Assembly (NCBI RefSeq): GCF_030028105.1
Contig: NC_092375.1
Coordinates: forward strand, 128,491,035 to 128,555,034
DNA: 64,000 nt
Direction of reading: 5' to 3'
From: Mobula birostris
Lineage: Eukaryota
Of this stretch, positions 26,890 through 37,919 are shown one piece after another. The notes below the pieces were generated by a model that saw only the letters and a list, made by a program, of their open reading frames with translations, was not told where the DNA came from and ran no database searches. Each line of letters starts with the position of its first letter. Within the stretch, counting starts at the first letter, position 1. The translations under genes and the position numbers were made by a program.

Positions 26890-29800
26890 CAGTGCCTTGT
26901 CAGGGTATTCAGCCCCCAACCCTTTCTTCACATAAATGAATATTACAATCAGGGATTTTGAACAATTTAACCGAGTATTTTTATTTGTGAATCACAGGCT
27001 TCTTTCTCCCCCGTAGTACAGCCCAAAAAACAGGGAAAACTGTAAAGCATGAAAAACTAAAAATGCGAAAACTGAAATATCAACAGTTCAAACGACTTCA
27101 CCCCTCCTTGCTCAGTACTTAGTTGAACATCTCACAGCTATTATAGGTAGTAGTCTTCTTGGATTAGTCTTTATTAGCTTTGCAGTGTAATGGAGCAAGA
27201 TTTGCCCATTCCTTCCTGCAAAATTGCTCAAGCTGCTGGTTAGTTGGGGAGTGGTGGTGGAGAGCAATCTTGAGGTCTTTTCAGAGATGTTCGATCAGGT
27301 TAAGGTAAGGACTCTGACTGGGCTACACGAGGACTTCATCTGAAACCGCTTCATTGTTGCTCTGGCAGTGAGCTCGTTGTCCTGCTGAACTATGAACTTC
27401 TTCCACAGTTAAAGCTTTCTGGCAGAGGCTAGCAGGTTTTTATCCAGGATCTCTCTAGCATTCATTGTCCCATCAATCCTGACCAGATTTCCAGTCCATA
27501 CTGCTGAAAAGTATCCCCATAGCATGGTGCTAGCTCCACCAAACTTTGGTGTTACCGGGTTGATAAACTGTATTAGATTTACGCCACACATACCACTTAG
27601 GCTATGTCCACACTAGACTGGATAAATCCGTAACTGAAGCCTTTTCTCTTAGTTTTGACCCTCCGTCCACACTGAATCAGTGTTTCCCCCCCTGAAAACA
27701 GAGCTTTTCTAAAATGCTCTCCAGTGTTTAAATCTGAAAACGCCAGTTGGGTGTTGTAGTGTGTATAGGGTAACCAGAGGTTTTGAAAAACCTATCGTCC
27801 CTTTCATCAGTGAAGACTATGGCTGTAGGAAATATTTCCAGTGTGACCCCTCTGTGGGAGTGGGAAAGATGTTGGTGGGGCCACCCAGGGGTGTGTCCCC
27901 ATATATGTAGCTATTGTAGTGGCTGTGAAGCTGGTATTGTGGTGGTGAAAAGTACTGGGCAGTGGATCATCATATTCATCATCATTGCAAATCCCTCTGC
28001 AACAGAGTTAGTCAGTTTTTCAATGTTCATCATCAGCTGGGTCATACTGTCCGTGAACACTTGTCAGTTGCCTCCATACACTTCAGTACATTTTTTTTCA
28101 GTTTTAAGTCCTCCGGTGCGAGAGCCAACAGCTGTCCGTCGTTTGGCAATTTCCTTTTAAGTTTTTCTAGTCTGTAACTGGACAAATGTGCACCAGTTTC
28201 CTCTTAGCTTGTTTTCTGTAGATGTGTCCTGCGCATGCCCAGTAGGAGATTCGCCCAAATACCCGTTTTAATGTGTACGGAGGTATTTTTAAAAACGCCT
28301 GGTGTGGATGCCTGTCGTTTTTATGCGAAACCAGCATTTTCAAAATTATCTGGTCTAGTGTGGACGTAACCTTAGTGTTGAGGCCAAAAGATGTCACTTT
28401 AATCTCATCTGATCACAAGACCTTCTGCATCTTTACAGTATCCTAAGTGATGCTTTGCAAAGTCCTTATGGGCAAGGATATGCTTTTTTAACCCAGGGCT
28501 TCTTCCTTGCCACTCTTCCATAAAAATACCCTCTTTGTGCAAGGCCTTGTGAAGATGGACTCCAGCATCTCGATAGCCTCTCTTAAAAGTACCATTCTTC
28601 TCCGAGAGGTGGCTTGACCTAAGCAGTGTGACTGTGGTTTCCTATTTTTCCCCCACTTTGTCCATGAAAGACTACACTGAGCTCCAAGGCATTTAAAGTG
28701 CCTCTGAGACTGTCTTATACCTTTTCCCAGATTTGTGCTTCTCTATTATCATTTCGGTTTGGTGTGTTTATAATCTACCATACTGTTGAGCCTTACAGAA
28801 AAAGATGGTATTTATTCAAATGAATTCATTGAAAAGAGGTGATCCTCGAATTTTCTACAGCAGCAAATTGGGTGAGTTGGTAATATGTATATTGCACTTG
28901 AAAGTAAGCACACTAATTACAAGATGAATATTTTTTTCCGGCCTTACAATTTTGGGTTTTCATTTTTAGTGAGTTATTGACAGGTTTTGAATTGACATGA
29001 TGCACAAGATGAAATTCTACTTCAATATATTTTAAATTTAGTAACTGGGACAGTGAAATGTGAACAGCTGTGATGGATACAAGCAAATTTCCAAGCCACT
29101 GAATATCCCTCGAAAGTGCAGTTATGACAATCAAGAAATGGAAATATGGCACAGGTGTAAATCTGCCTAGAGCAGGCCATCCTTAAAAACTGAGTGAGGG
29201 AGGTAATCAAGAGACCTGTGAGAACTCTGGAGAAGTTCTGTGGCTGAGATGGGAAGAGACTGTGCATATAACTGTTGCCTGGGTGCTTCACCAGACGCAG
29301 CTTTATGGGACAGTGGTAGAGAAAGCCACTATTTAAAAAAAATTCACACGAAGTCTTGGTAGAGTTTGCTCAAAGGCAGGTGGGAGATTCTGAAGTCAGC
29401 AGGAAGGTTGTAAGGTTTGATAAAACCAGAATAGAGCTTTCTGGCAGTCAGACCAAATGGTGTTTGGCATAAGCCTGACACCACACATCATCAAAAACAC
29501 ACCATCTCTACTGTTAAGCATGGTGGTGGCTGCTTCATGCTATGGGGATGCTTCACTGCTTGTGAAGGTAGAAGGCAAAATGAATGCAGCAAAATACAGA
29601 GAAACCCTGGAGGAAAACCTGATGCAGTCTGTAAGAGAACTGTGACTTGGGAGATTTGTTTTCCAGTAAGACAATGACCCCCAAGCATAAAGCCAAAGCT
29701 ACGTAGGAACAGCTTAAAAATAACAAAGTTAATGTCCTGGAGTGGCTAAATCAGAGTCTAGACCTCAATCAAACTGAGAATTTGTGGCTGGAAACACACT

Positions 29801-29971
29801 GTTCACTCATGATCCCCATGCAATCTGACAAGAGCTTCTGCAGTTTTAGTTTTCACTGACAAGTCCCTTCTGTTTATCAGTGTCAAAAAAAAAACAATTT
29901 AAATCCACTCTGATTCAATGTAAAATATGATGATTTCCAAGGGGGTGGGTGAATACTTTTTATAGGCCCTG
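26890..29971. mobile_element. Tc1/mariner element with two divergent, degenerate transposase copies
   Basis: TA|CAGTGCCTTG...TATTCAGCCCC left end matches GGGTGAATAC...AGGCCCTG right end; minus peptide GGASTMLWGYFS..GNLVRIDGTMNA; plus peptide [13 protein letters not shown]...[11 protein letters not shown]...DNDP. Confidence 0.75.
27600..28371. mobile_element. PIF/Harbinger non-autonomous element
   Basis: TIR GG(C/T)TA(T/C)GTCCACACTAGAC at both ends; TTA TSD at 27597-27599 and 28372-28374. Confidence 0.8.
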
Positions 29972-30538
29972 CCCATGGTCTGGATGAAAATGTAGATGAA
30001 TGGGTTAGTATGTTTGACAGCTGATTGAAAGATGGTGGTGTAGAAGAATGGGAAAGAATACAGTGGAATTTAGATCAGTTGCAGATATGGAGGATGGATT
30101 CTACCCTGGCCAAATGTTGCACCTTGGTAGGTCAAATGCAAAGAGACTGTACACTGTTAAAAGAAAGACTCTGACAACAGTGTTGATGAGCAGTGGGATC
30201 TTGGGGTCGAAGTTCTTAGCCCTCTGAAAGTGGGCTATACAGGTTGAAAGGGTGGTTAAGGCAGCATATGGAATATTATTATTTGAGGCAATTAATTCAA
30301 GTCAAGAAGTTATGTCACAGCTTTGTAAACTATTTTGGCATATAGTTCTGGTCACCCTTTTTATAGGAAGAATGTTGAGGCTTTGGAGAGGATATGGAAG
30401 AGGTTTACCAGGATGCTGCCTGGATTAGAGAACATGTGCAGGTTGAACAAACTTGACCTCCCATACTAAGTGAGCAGCAGCCCCAAGCCAACATAAATAA
30501 AACAAAGGACCTGATATGAAGTTCTGCAGATGCTAACT

Positions 30539-30544
30539 TTTATT
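30539..30544 (-). terminator. EEF1B2: EEF1B2 polyadenylation signal AATAAA
   Basis: AATAAA ~20 nt after the stop codon, followed by a U-rich downstream tract. Confidence 0.7.
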
Positions 30545-30563
30545 GTGTTCAATAGTTGGTGCT

Positions 30564-30650
30564 TTAGACTTTGTTGAAGGCTGCAACATCAACAGATTGA
30601 ACATAATCTTCAAATGCTGTGATAGCTTCTTCCAGCATATCTGTTCCCAC
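30564..30650 (-). CDS. EEF1B2: Elongation factor 1-beta, coding exon 7 (last)
   Basis: ttttcag|[28 protein letters not shown]. Confidence 0.95.
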   Translation of the reverse strand: MGTDMLEEAITAFEDYVQSVDVAAFNKV

Positions 30651-31423
30651 CTGAAAAGAAATATTCAGTTAGAATATTCCAAAAATGGAAGCTGCAAATA
30701 AGTATATCTAAATATTTAATCATATTAATATGCTTGTAAGTATATTTTATAAAATAATCTTTGGAGTTCAGAACACAAGTGAAAAAGTGATGAGATAGTA
30801 GTAATCAGTCATTTACATTGAACTCAATCAGTTCAATTAACCATTTAACCCAATTAACAAATTTGTTGATGGCTACTCTCTTCTCCAACCCCACTTGACA
30901 AGGAGAATCATTTTCCACTTTTTAAAACAAGTCTACTCACATTTCTGTATGATTGCCAGAAATGAAACATTGACATGAAAACGCTATAACCACCAGATTC
31001 AGTTTCTTTCTACCATGTTGCCATGTTCATTCTTTGAGTAAGTGTATACAGCAGAACTAAAATAAGTGCTTTCACTTTGACTGTTTTATTGCCCCCATGT
31101 GCAACAAAAGCAAGTTCCTGAGTTATTCCAGTCACTGGAAAAATGCACAATAATTTGATCCCAGTTATCAACCTAATTCAAGCCAATCGACATTACTAAA
31201 CTAAAACAAAAGGAAAAGTAGAGACTTCAAAATGAAAAATACATTCTACAGGCAGTACTGGAGTACAACATGTCAGGTAATGGAATTGAAATATCCTTGA
31301 GATCAATACTTAAATGAACTCAAACCACTGTTTCCTGCAAAATAAATGCTTGAATCTTGTTTTCAGTACAGTGAACAACTGTATAATGGAGTAAACAGCC
31401 AGTAAATAGAGCTTCCTTTTTTA

Positions 31424-31592
31424 AGCCACACACATCAAAGTTGCTGGTGAATGCAGCAGGCCAGGCAGCATCTCTAGGAGGAGGTACAGTCAACATACCG
31501 CTTCCTAGAGATGCTGCCTGGCCTGCTGCGTTCACCAGCAACTTTGATGTGTGTTGCTTGAATTTCCAGCATCTGCAGAATTCCTCGTGTTT
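31424..31592. mobile_element. Fold-back Penelope-end element in EEF1B2 intron 6
   Basis: Inverted arms around a short spacer; 13-bp TSD gcttcctttttta at 31411 and 31593. Confidence 0.8.
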
Positions 31593-31984
31593 GCTTCCTT
31601 TTTTACTGTTTTGATCACTAAAGCCACAGACCAGCTACTCAGTTGCTAATAGCTACAAGACAGAAATGTATGATACAGACATTACCTGAACAACTTGTAA
31701 CCAAAGAGTGAGAAAATAAAATTTGAAGAACACTGACCAAGATCTCTGTGAGGACTGATCAAAGAAATTAGCAGTCTCTATGCTAAATAGCTAAAAATCT
31801 ATCAATTGCCCAACTGACTGAAGTTTCCAGCAAGATTAGTTTAGCAAGTGTTTGCTCATTTGTAACAATTAAAATATTAGTATTTAAAAGAATGACATAC
31901 AAACACACTGTGCAAACTTTGAGCTTATTACTTTCATTTACAAGACAAAGTCCAGCTAAAATCTGTACACGACCACATCCTTAC

Positions 31985-32052
31985 CTTATCATCTTCCACC
32001 ACACATTGAATCTGTAATTTTTTGATGCCATAACCCACTGGAACCAGTTTAG
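31985..32052 (-). CDS. EEF1B2: Elongation factor 1-beta, coding exon 6
   Basis: ttacag|(S)[22 protein letters not shown]|gtaagg, 68 nt. Confidence 0.95.
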
Positions 32053-32479
32053 CTGTAATGAAATAAAATTAAGCAACATTAAAAACCTAATATTCACATC
32101 TATTATCTCAGACAACTACACAGTAGCCAAAGATGATGTATATGGATTTAGCTGTTTTTCTATAACTTTCCCTGTAATCTGGAAATATACATAGCAATGA
32201 ACTCAAAGGTAGCAATGCAAAACAATGAAAATCAATAGAAGCACTGAGAAAAGCTTATCTGCCACCAAACTCCACCCTCTCAATGACTGTCTTCTCAAAT
32301 GAATTCTCACATGCAGATATTTCCATTCAAAAACATTAAGAAATTTAAACCCGACAGCACTGAGAAGAAACACAAAGCTACAATTCCAACATCAGGGACC
32401 TATACAAGCTGGAATATTGATGTCATGCTGTCATCCAGCAACCTTTCAGGATCACAATTTCACGGAGTTTCATCCTTTG

Positions 32480-32790
32480 TACAATACTGCACAAAAGTCT
32501 TAAGACACCCTAGATGTTTTTATATAACTTCAGAAGGTATGGTCTCCACAGAACCCTGATCAGAGGCCACCTGGGATTACCTGGAGAGACAGAAGCAAAA
32601 CAACCAGTCTACAGAACTACCGTTGATTTTCTTATAAAACTGCTTAAGAGAATTGATGCAGTTTTAAGATCAAAGGGTGCTCACATCAAATATTAATTTG
32701 ATTTATTTTTTTTTACTGTTAACAGTCCTTTATAGTTTTTTTTGGTATTTCAAAAACATTTTCATTGTTATTTTTGAAAGCATCTTTGCT
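32480..32790 (+). mobile_element. Tc1-like remnant
   Basis: TIR-like tacaatactgcacaaaagtcttaagacacc; C-terminal peptide RIDAVLRSKGAHIKY*. Confidence 0.55.
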
Positions 32791-33615
32791 TTGCTTTACA
32801 GAATAAACAGGGAAGTAAACTAGTCTTTAAAGATTGGGTAGTTACAGTATAATCTACCTTTAGTAACAGTACTCCTGGCTATTTACATCGAAAAGGGTTT
32901 AAAGTCTTAGTTTGAGTTTAGAACTGTGTTCAGTAAAACCCATTACCATATTACATATATTAATATTGTGACAGTGCAATTAATTACATATCATCCAAAC
33001 ATATTCAATGAACCATATCATAATCAAGGAGACATGGCATTAATAGATTTCAAATAGGTTAGGATTTATTTCCTGTAGCACAAGAGAATGTGGGAAAATC
33101 TTTAGAGGTATATAAAATTATGGGGAGATGAAAAAAGCAAATGCATGCAGGCTTTTCCCCTTTCACTCGGGTGAAACTAGAACTCCAGGTCATAGATTTA
33201 TGGTGAAAGATGAATTAATTTGGGAGACTCTCGGGAAACTTCCTTGACTCAGAAGATGGTGTGAGCATGGGATAGACTGCCAGTGTATCTGGTCGATGCA
33301 GTTTCATCCGGAAATTTTGGATAGCTACGTGGATTGGAGAGGCCTGAAGGGCTTATTTCTGTGCAGTACTCAACTCCAATTTCCTAGGCAGTTGGCTGCA
33401 ACCTTCATTCAGACTGGTGCTATCCATAATGTGAATCAAGCAGCCGATAAAAGACAAAAATAAAAATGCTTGACTTCCCAACAATAGCAGCCCGAGGGAT
33501 CTACAGTCAATATATCTTTCAGAAACTTAAGCTTATCAAATCTACCAATACTAATGCAGTTCTCATTCAAAACAAAAGTAATCCAATGATTGTTTCAAAC
33601 TTAGATTATACTCAC

Positions 33616-33741
33616 AAGAACCCCAAACTAAGCCATCCAATGTGATAGAACGCACACATTCTTCCATTTTTTTCATATCAGTTTCATCATCCCATGGTTT
33701 TACATCCAGTAAAATAGATGATTTGGCAATGAGTGTCGGCT
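33616..33741 (-). CDS. EEF1B2: Elongation factor 1-beta, coding exon 5
   Basis: ctttag|(K)[41 protein letters not shown]|gtgagt, 126 nt. Confidence 0.95.
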
Positions 33742-34028
33742 CTAAAGGTAATTAAAAATTCAATGCAGCAGTTTACTGTAAGACTCTTTCAATTGCATCC
33801 ACAATAGTACAGGTCATTGGCCTGACTGGTTCATAACAATGATTGCTCTCCACAGTCTTGTACCACCCATCTGCAAACCATGCAGTCTCCCACCATAAAA
33901 AAATCCAAGTCACCTTTTCACATTTCAGAATCTAAACTAACTTCAAAAAGCCCTATATTGCTAAGAGCGCATTAAGTTGTACTACTAATATCGATAAATG
34001 GTTACAATACTTAAAACAAATGAGAAAT

Positions 34029-34100
34029 TGGATTCATCAGATTAAATTGACATCATCAATTCAGGCGAAAGATGGTAAATTTAAATCATCATTGAACCCA
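34029..34100 (-). ncRNA. SNORD51: C/D box snoRNA SNORD51 (U51)-like, second copy, EEF1B2 intron 4
   Basis: Terminal stem TGGGTTCA/TGAATCCA, box C ATGATGA, guide TTTACCATCTTTCG + C + D' CTGA, box D CTGA; guide complementary to conserved 28S CGAAAGATGGTGAA. Confidence 0.85.
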
Positions 34101-34442
34101 GACACTGAGCTTTTCAATAATATCACTAACAGTACTAATCTATGTAACACGGAGTTGTTGGTCATTTTCAGTATAACACATCCCTGTAGTGGCAGACCAC
34201 TACAAGGATCTAGGATTCTTTCTATTGAGACAAAGGAACTAAAACGTTCTAACATGCACCATGTTAATTGTTTAAACAACTCTGCTGTGACACCTGGTTA
34301 CTGAGCAAGAGAAATATGGTCTGAAACAGTATTTTCACACAGGCTGTGACAATTATTTGAAGTTTTTAACAAATTAGTTATCTTTTAACAAACAATCCTG
34401 AAGTGCTGACATTCGATCACATAGCTAATTGACAATACGTAC

Positions 34443-34509
34443 TCTTGGACTTTTTAGCTTCATATTGAGCTAGACGTTCTTCCCTGATCCTCTGAGCTTC
34501 TGCACCTTC
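34443..34509 (-). CDS. EEF1B2: Elongation factor 1-beta, coding exon 4
   Basis: ttacag|EGAEAQRIREERLAQYEAKKSK|gtacgt, 67 nt. Confidence 0.95.
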
Positions 34510-34635
34510 CTGTAAGAGACATGAAGTCAATTATGACAAACTTTAATATACAAACACTGAGCAACACACACAAAAACTGGAGGAATGCATATGGTTGCTT
34601 TGGATTTCCGGCATCTGTTTGTTATATCAATACTA

Positions 34636-34717
34636 GACCGGTTTCATCAGATTATAGATGGCATAATCATATATTCAGCCGAAAGATGGTGAATTGAAAT
34701 CATCATGAAAACCAGTC
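34636..34717 (-). ncRNA. SNORD51: C/D box snoRNA SNORD51 (U51), EEF1B2 intron 3
   Basis: Stem GACTGGTTTTC/GAAACCGGTC, box C ATGATGA, guide TTCACCATCTTTCGG + D' CTGA, box D CTGA; EEF1B2 is the known U51 host gene. Confidence 0.9.
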
Positions 34718-35113
34718 ATATTCATAGGGAAATTATAATTAAAATTTAAAGCAATAACAAAATTGGCAGAATATACAAAATTATGAAAGGGAATATGCAC
34801 ACTGAAGCCAATGAAAATACCAGTTTATAGCTTGAACAAGTAGTTTTCACCTTAGCACGATCAATCAGCTTCCATCATACTTAATAGATCACTGACAAGC
34901 CTAATAGTCTATATCTGAACAAATGTTTTTCTAAAAATGTGCATGTATGAAATTCAGTAGTTTGACAGTTAATGTTTAGCAAGTGAGATTAAAACATTCA
35001 AAGTTTGCTGCTTAGATTATGCATAAATGTACAACATTGGTCCATTTTCAAGCTATGACCACGGGCAATTGGCGAGTATGCTGTCAGCCACATTAAAACT
35101 ACAAAGAACTCAC

Positions 35114-35237
35114 CTCTTCATCATCAGACCCAAAGAGATCAATATCATCATCATCGTCTGCCTCTGCTTTTGTTGAGGTTGTGTCTGCTACATTTTGTGG
35201 ACCATATTTGCTAATTGGTTGCTTAACACCTGGAAGG
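35114..35237 (-). CDS. EEF1B2: Elongation factor 1-beta, coding exon 3
   Basis: taacag|(S)[41 protein letters not shown]|gtgagt; CK2-site acidic motif. Confidence 0.95.
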
Positions 35238-35325
35238 CTGTTAGGGGTTAAAGACCAGAAATGTATTAAATATGCTACAACATAAATTAATGCATACTGC
35301 TTAGGGTTACACCACAGTCACCACT

Positions 35326-35500
35326 GAGCACATGGCCAAGTGGTTAAGGCGTTGGACTAGTGATCTTAAGGTCGCGAGTTCGAGCCTCAGCTGAGACAGC
35401 GTATTGTGTCCTTGAGCAAGGCACTTAACCACACATTGCTCCTGCACGTTTATAGTCTAGCAGCAGCAGCTGATACTGTATGGACAAGACAATCTGTTAT
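35326..35500 (+). mobile_element. tRNA-derived SINE in EEF1B2 intron 2
   Basis: TGGCCAAGTGGTTAAGG A box, GAGTTCGAGCC B box, followed by SINE body gtgtccttgagcaaggcacttaacc. Confidence 0.7.
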
Positions 35501-35789
35501 ACCAATGTGTCCATTTCCCAGATCCATTGATCTTGATCAGGTTTCATTGATAGCTCAGCCATTGCTCTTTAGAGAATTCCCAACATTTACAGCACTCTTT
35601 ACATAGCCACTGTAATTCATGTCAGTCCTCAATGGCCACCTTGTTAGAATATACTCATTGTGCAAGACCCCTCAGCAGTTATCCCAATCCCCCACAGAAT
35701 CATATACATTTTGATATAATCAAATCTTACGCTGGGATTTTAGGTCAAGTCTCCCCCTCAGCCCAGAAATAATCTACAGAATCCAAACT

Positions 35790-36490
35790 GCATTGATTCC
35801 AGGTTAAGTACAAACCCGCTTAGATGCAGAAATCAAAACTACATGTTAATTTAAACATTTAGAAGATCTGAACAATTTCAGCAAGATCTTCTAATTGCAT
35901 ACTGCAAAAACATGCTGTTATATTCTGGAAGATAGCGCCAGTTGCACGTGTTTGTGTTCAAATAGCAGTGATTTTTGCCACTGACAGCTAGTGAGAAATA
36001 AGCAGCAAGGCAATTCAGAACTGCTTTCACGCTTGGGAGATGCCAGGAACGAAAATGTATTTCACTTCAGGAAGTTTGGAATCTAAGAATTTGAAGGTAT
36101 CAGTGTTCATCTTGAACGCAACAATGAAAACGAAGATTTGGAGGACGCAAACATCATATGAAGGAGTCCATTATCTGTACCAGGCACCTGTGCTGATTTT
36201 GTTCATTTACAGTCAATCAAAAGGACACAGCAGCATACATTGGATGAATTCCTCCATAGATACCTATTAGCAACCTTACATAGTTTTATAGTATGGTAGT
36301 AATATTGGTAGTGTTTCAATTTGTTCTCCATTTCATTTGAATTCATAATTTGATACCAAGTTAAATGTTAGTTTGTGTTTTGTAATACTTTTTAAATTTC
36401 CATGAACCTTCAGCTAATCGGGGAAGCAGCGTAATTGGGCCCAAAATTAAGCTGTTCCAGATGGGTTCCAATTAACCAGAATCCCCAGTA
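35790..36490 (-). mobile_element. Tigger/pogo-like non-autonomous DNA transposon remnant
   Basis: Reverse-complement similarity to the element at 48650-49372; terminal ccaattaaccagaatcc. Confidence 0.5.
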
Positions 36491-36959
36491 TCTGCAATAG
36501 AGGGAGTTCAAGAGATTTCACACAGACCAATTCCTGGGATGGGATGGAATGGAATTTGGGGGGCGGTGGTGGTGTCCAAGTAGGTAGACAAGAGTCTAAA
36601 GGAGAATGATAATCTAAGCGATTCAAAATTTACCGAGTTGGCCATGATGGATGCAGGGATCGTGGTTTCCTTCACTGAAGTATCCAGAACTAGGGGTCTA
36701 CAATCTCAACATAAAGGGCTAACCATTCAGGACTTGCATGAAGATATCTCTTCACCCAGAAGGTGGCGAATCTTTTGGGCTCTACTCACGTGGGCAGAGG
36801 AAGTAATTATATTCAAGATAGAAATCAATAGATAGCCTGGATATTAAAGGAATCAAAGGAAATGTGATTAGAACAGTTCAATGTCAATGAGATACAAAAA
36901 CTACATGGCAGACCAGGAATGAGGAGCCCGTACCCTTCTATTTCCAGCAGACTACATAC

Positions 36960-37082
36960 CTGGACTTTGTGCTTTCATAGGACCGAATGTGATTGTACCA
37001 CCGATGTGCATGACAGAATGAAGGCGCAGGTGGCCCACCAAGAGCTTCATACACAGCGATGTCTGCTTGTGACGGAACATAC
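36960..37082 (-). CDS. EEF1B2: Elongation factor 1-beta, coding exon 2
   Basis: aaag|(G)[40 protein letters not shown]|gtatgt, 123 nt. Confidence 0.95.
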
Positions 37083-37437
37083 CTTTTAAACACAAAACAA
37101 AACGTGCTCAAGAACACCACTCTGATCGCAGCCCCAGTCAACAGAACATGGAAGAAGTTAGGGACACAAAAAGGGACGTGGAAGTGGAGAATGGTAGATT
37201 AAGAACTCTCTATTTCTTGTGCCTCTCCAAGAGGTGCCTGTGCATTTTACTCCCACCTCTCTCTCTCTCCCCAACTCCTACTCACCCCTTTCCGGCGTGT
37301 CCTTATTCCCGAACTTTCTTCACGCAACACCACCATCCCTGCTGTCCCCTTTTCTCTCTCCAAAGTCCCCTATTTCCCATTCACGTTTAGGCCCATTTCC
37401 CAGTCTCCCTGCGCCCTTGCCTCAGTCTCTCACCCAC

Positions 37438-37517
37438 CCCTCGATGTAGCTGCGATCCGCCAAGTAATCGTTAAGCATCTGCAGGCCGGATGCGGCCTTC
37501 AGGTCACCAAACCCCAT
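37438..37517 (-). CDS. EEF1B2: Elongation factor 1-beta, coding exon 1
   Basis: GCCATGG Kozak; [27 protein letters not shown]|gtgggt, 80 nt; exons sum to 675 nt = 224 aa plus stop. Confidence 0.95.
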
Positions 37518-37572
37518 GGCTGACACTAGGCCCCGTCCACACCAACACGACCCACAGCGCAGCGGCAACTGC

Positions 37573-37605
37573 AAGAGGCCGCGGCCGCCGCGCTGCCTCT
37601 TTATA
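37573..37605 (-). promoter_or_regulatory. EEF1B2: EEF1B2 core promoter: TATAAA box and pyrimidine (5'TOP/TCT) start
   Basis: TATAAA at 37605-37600 and CCTCTT at 37578-37573, ~27 nt downstream. Confidence 0.7.
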
Positions 37606-37919
37606 ACCAGCGCCGGAAACAGCCGAGTGAATACGGAATCAGCCGAGGGCATCGCAATTTTGGAGAATAAAATAGATTAAAAATAATTAGAATGTTTGAT
37701 TTTTTTACTAGGTTATTTGTCTAAACTATTCGATTCATTAAATTAAAATTAAATCATTTTAATCGATCGACTACGTTTCATGGAAATTGCCGAAGCCTTT
37801 TGCAATTTCTTACCTAACGATTTTATTTTAACAAAGATTAATTTGTTTCATACTTCATAACTCAAATTAAAATTACTAATATTGATGACCAAAGATGAAG
37901 AAGTAACATCGCAATCTTC

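Larger units (their letters stand above)
26090..30450 (+). mobile_element. CR1 LINE ORF2 remnant split by a Tc1 insertion
   Basis: GVPQGSVVGPLLFVMY ends at 26889 and the RT resumes at ~29975 (LDENVDEWVSMF). Confidence 0.75.

Noticed and set aside
33780-33900. Possible H/ACA snoRNA in EEF1B2 intron 4
   Set aside because: An ANANNA-like motif exists, but I could not build two hairpins with a terminal ACA box.
35326-35400. tRNA gene-like sequence (also 2430-2508, 1542-1610, 48440-48520)
   Set aside because: A and B boxes are present, but acceptor/anticodon stems do not pair and each runs into a SINE body; some have TSDs.
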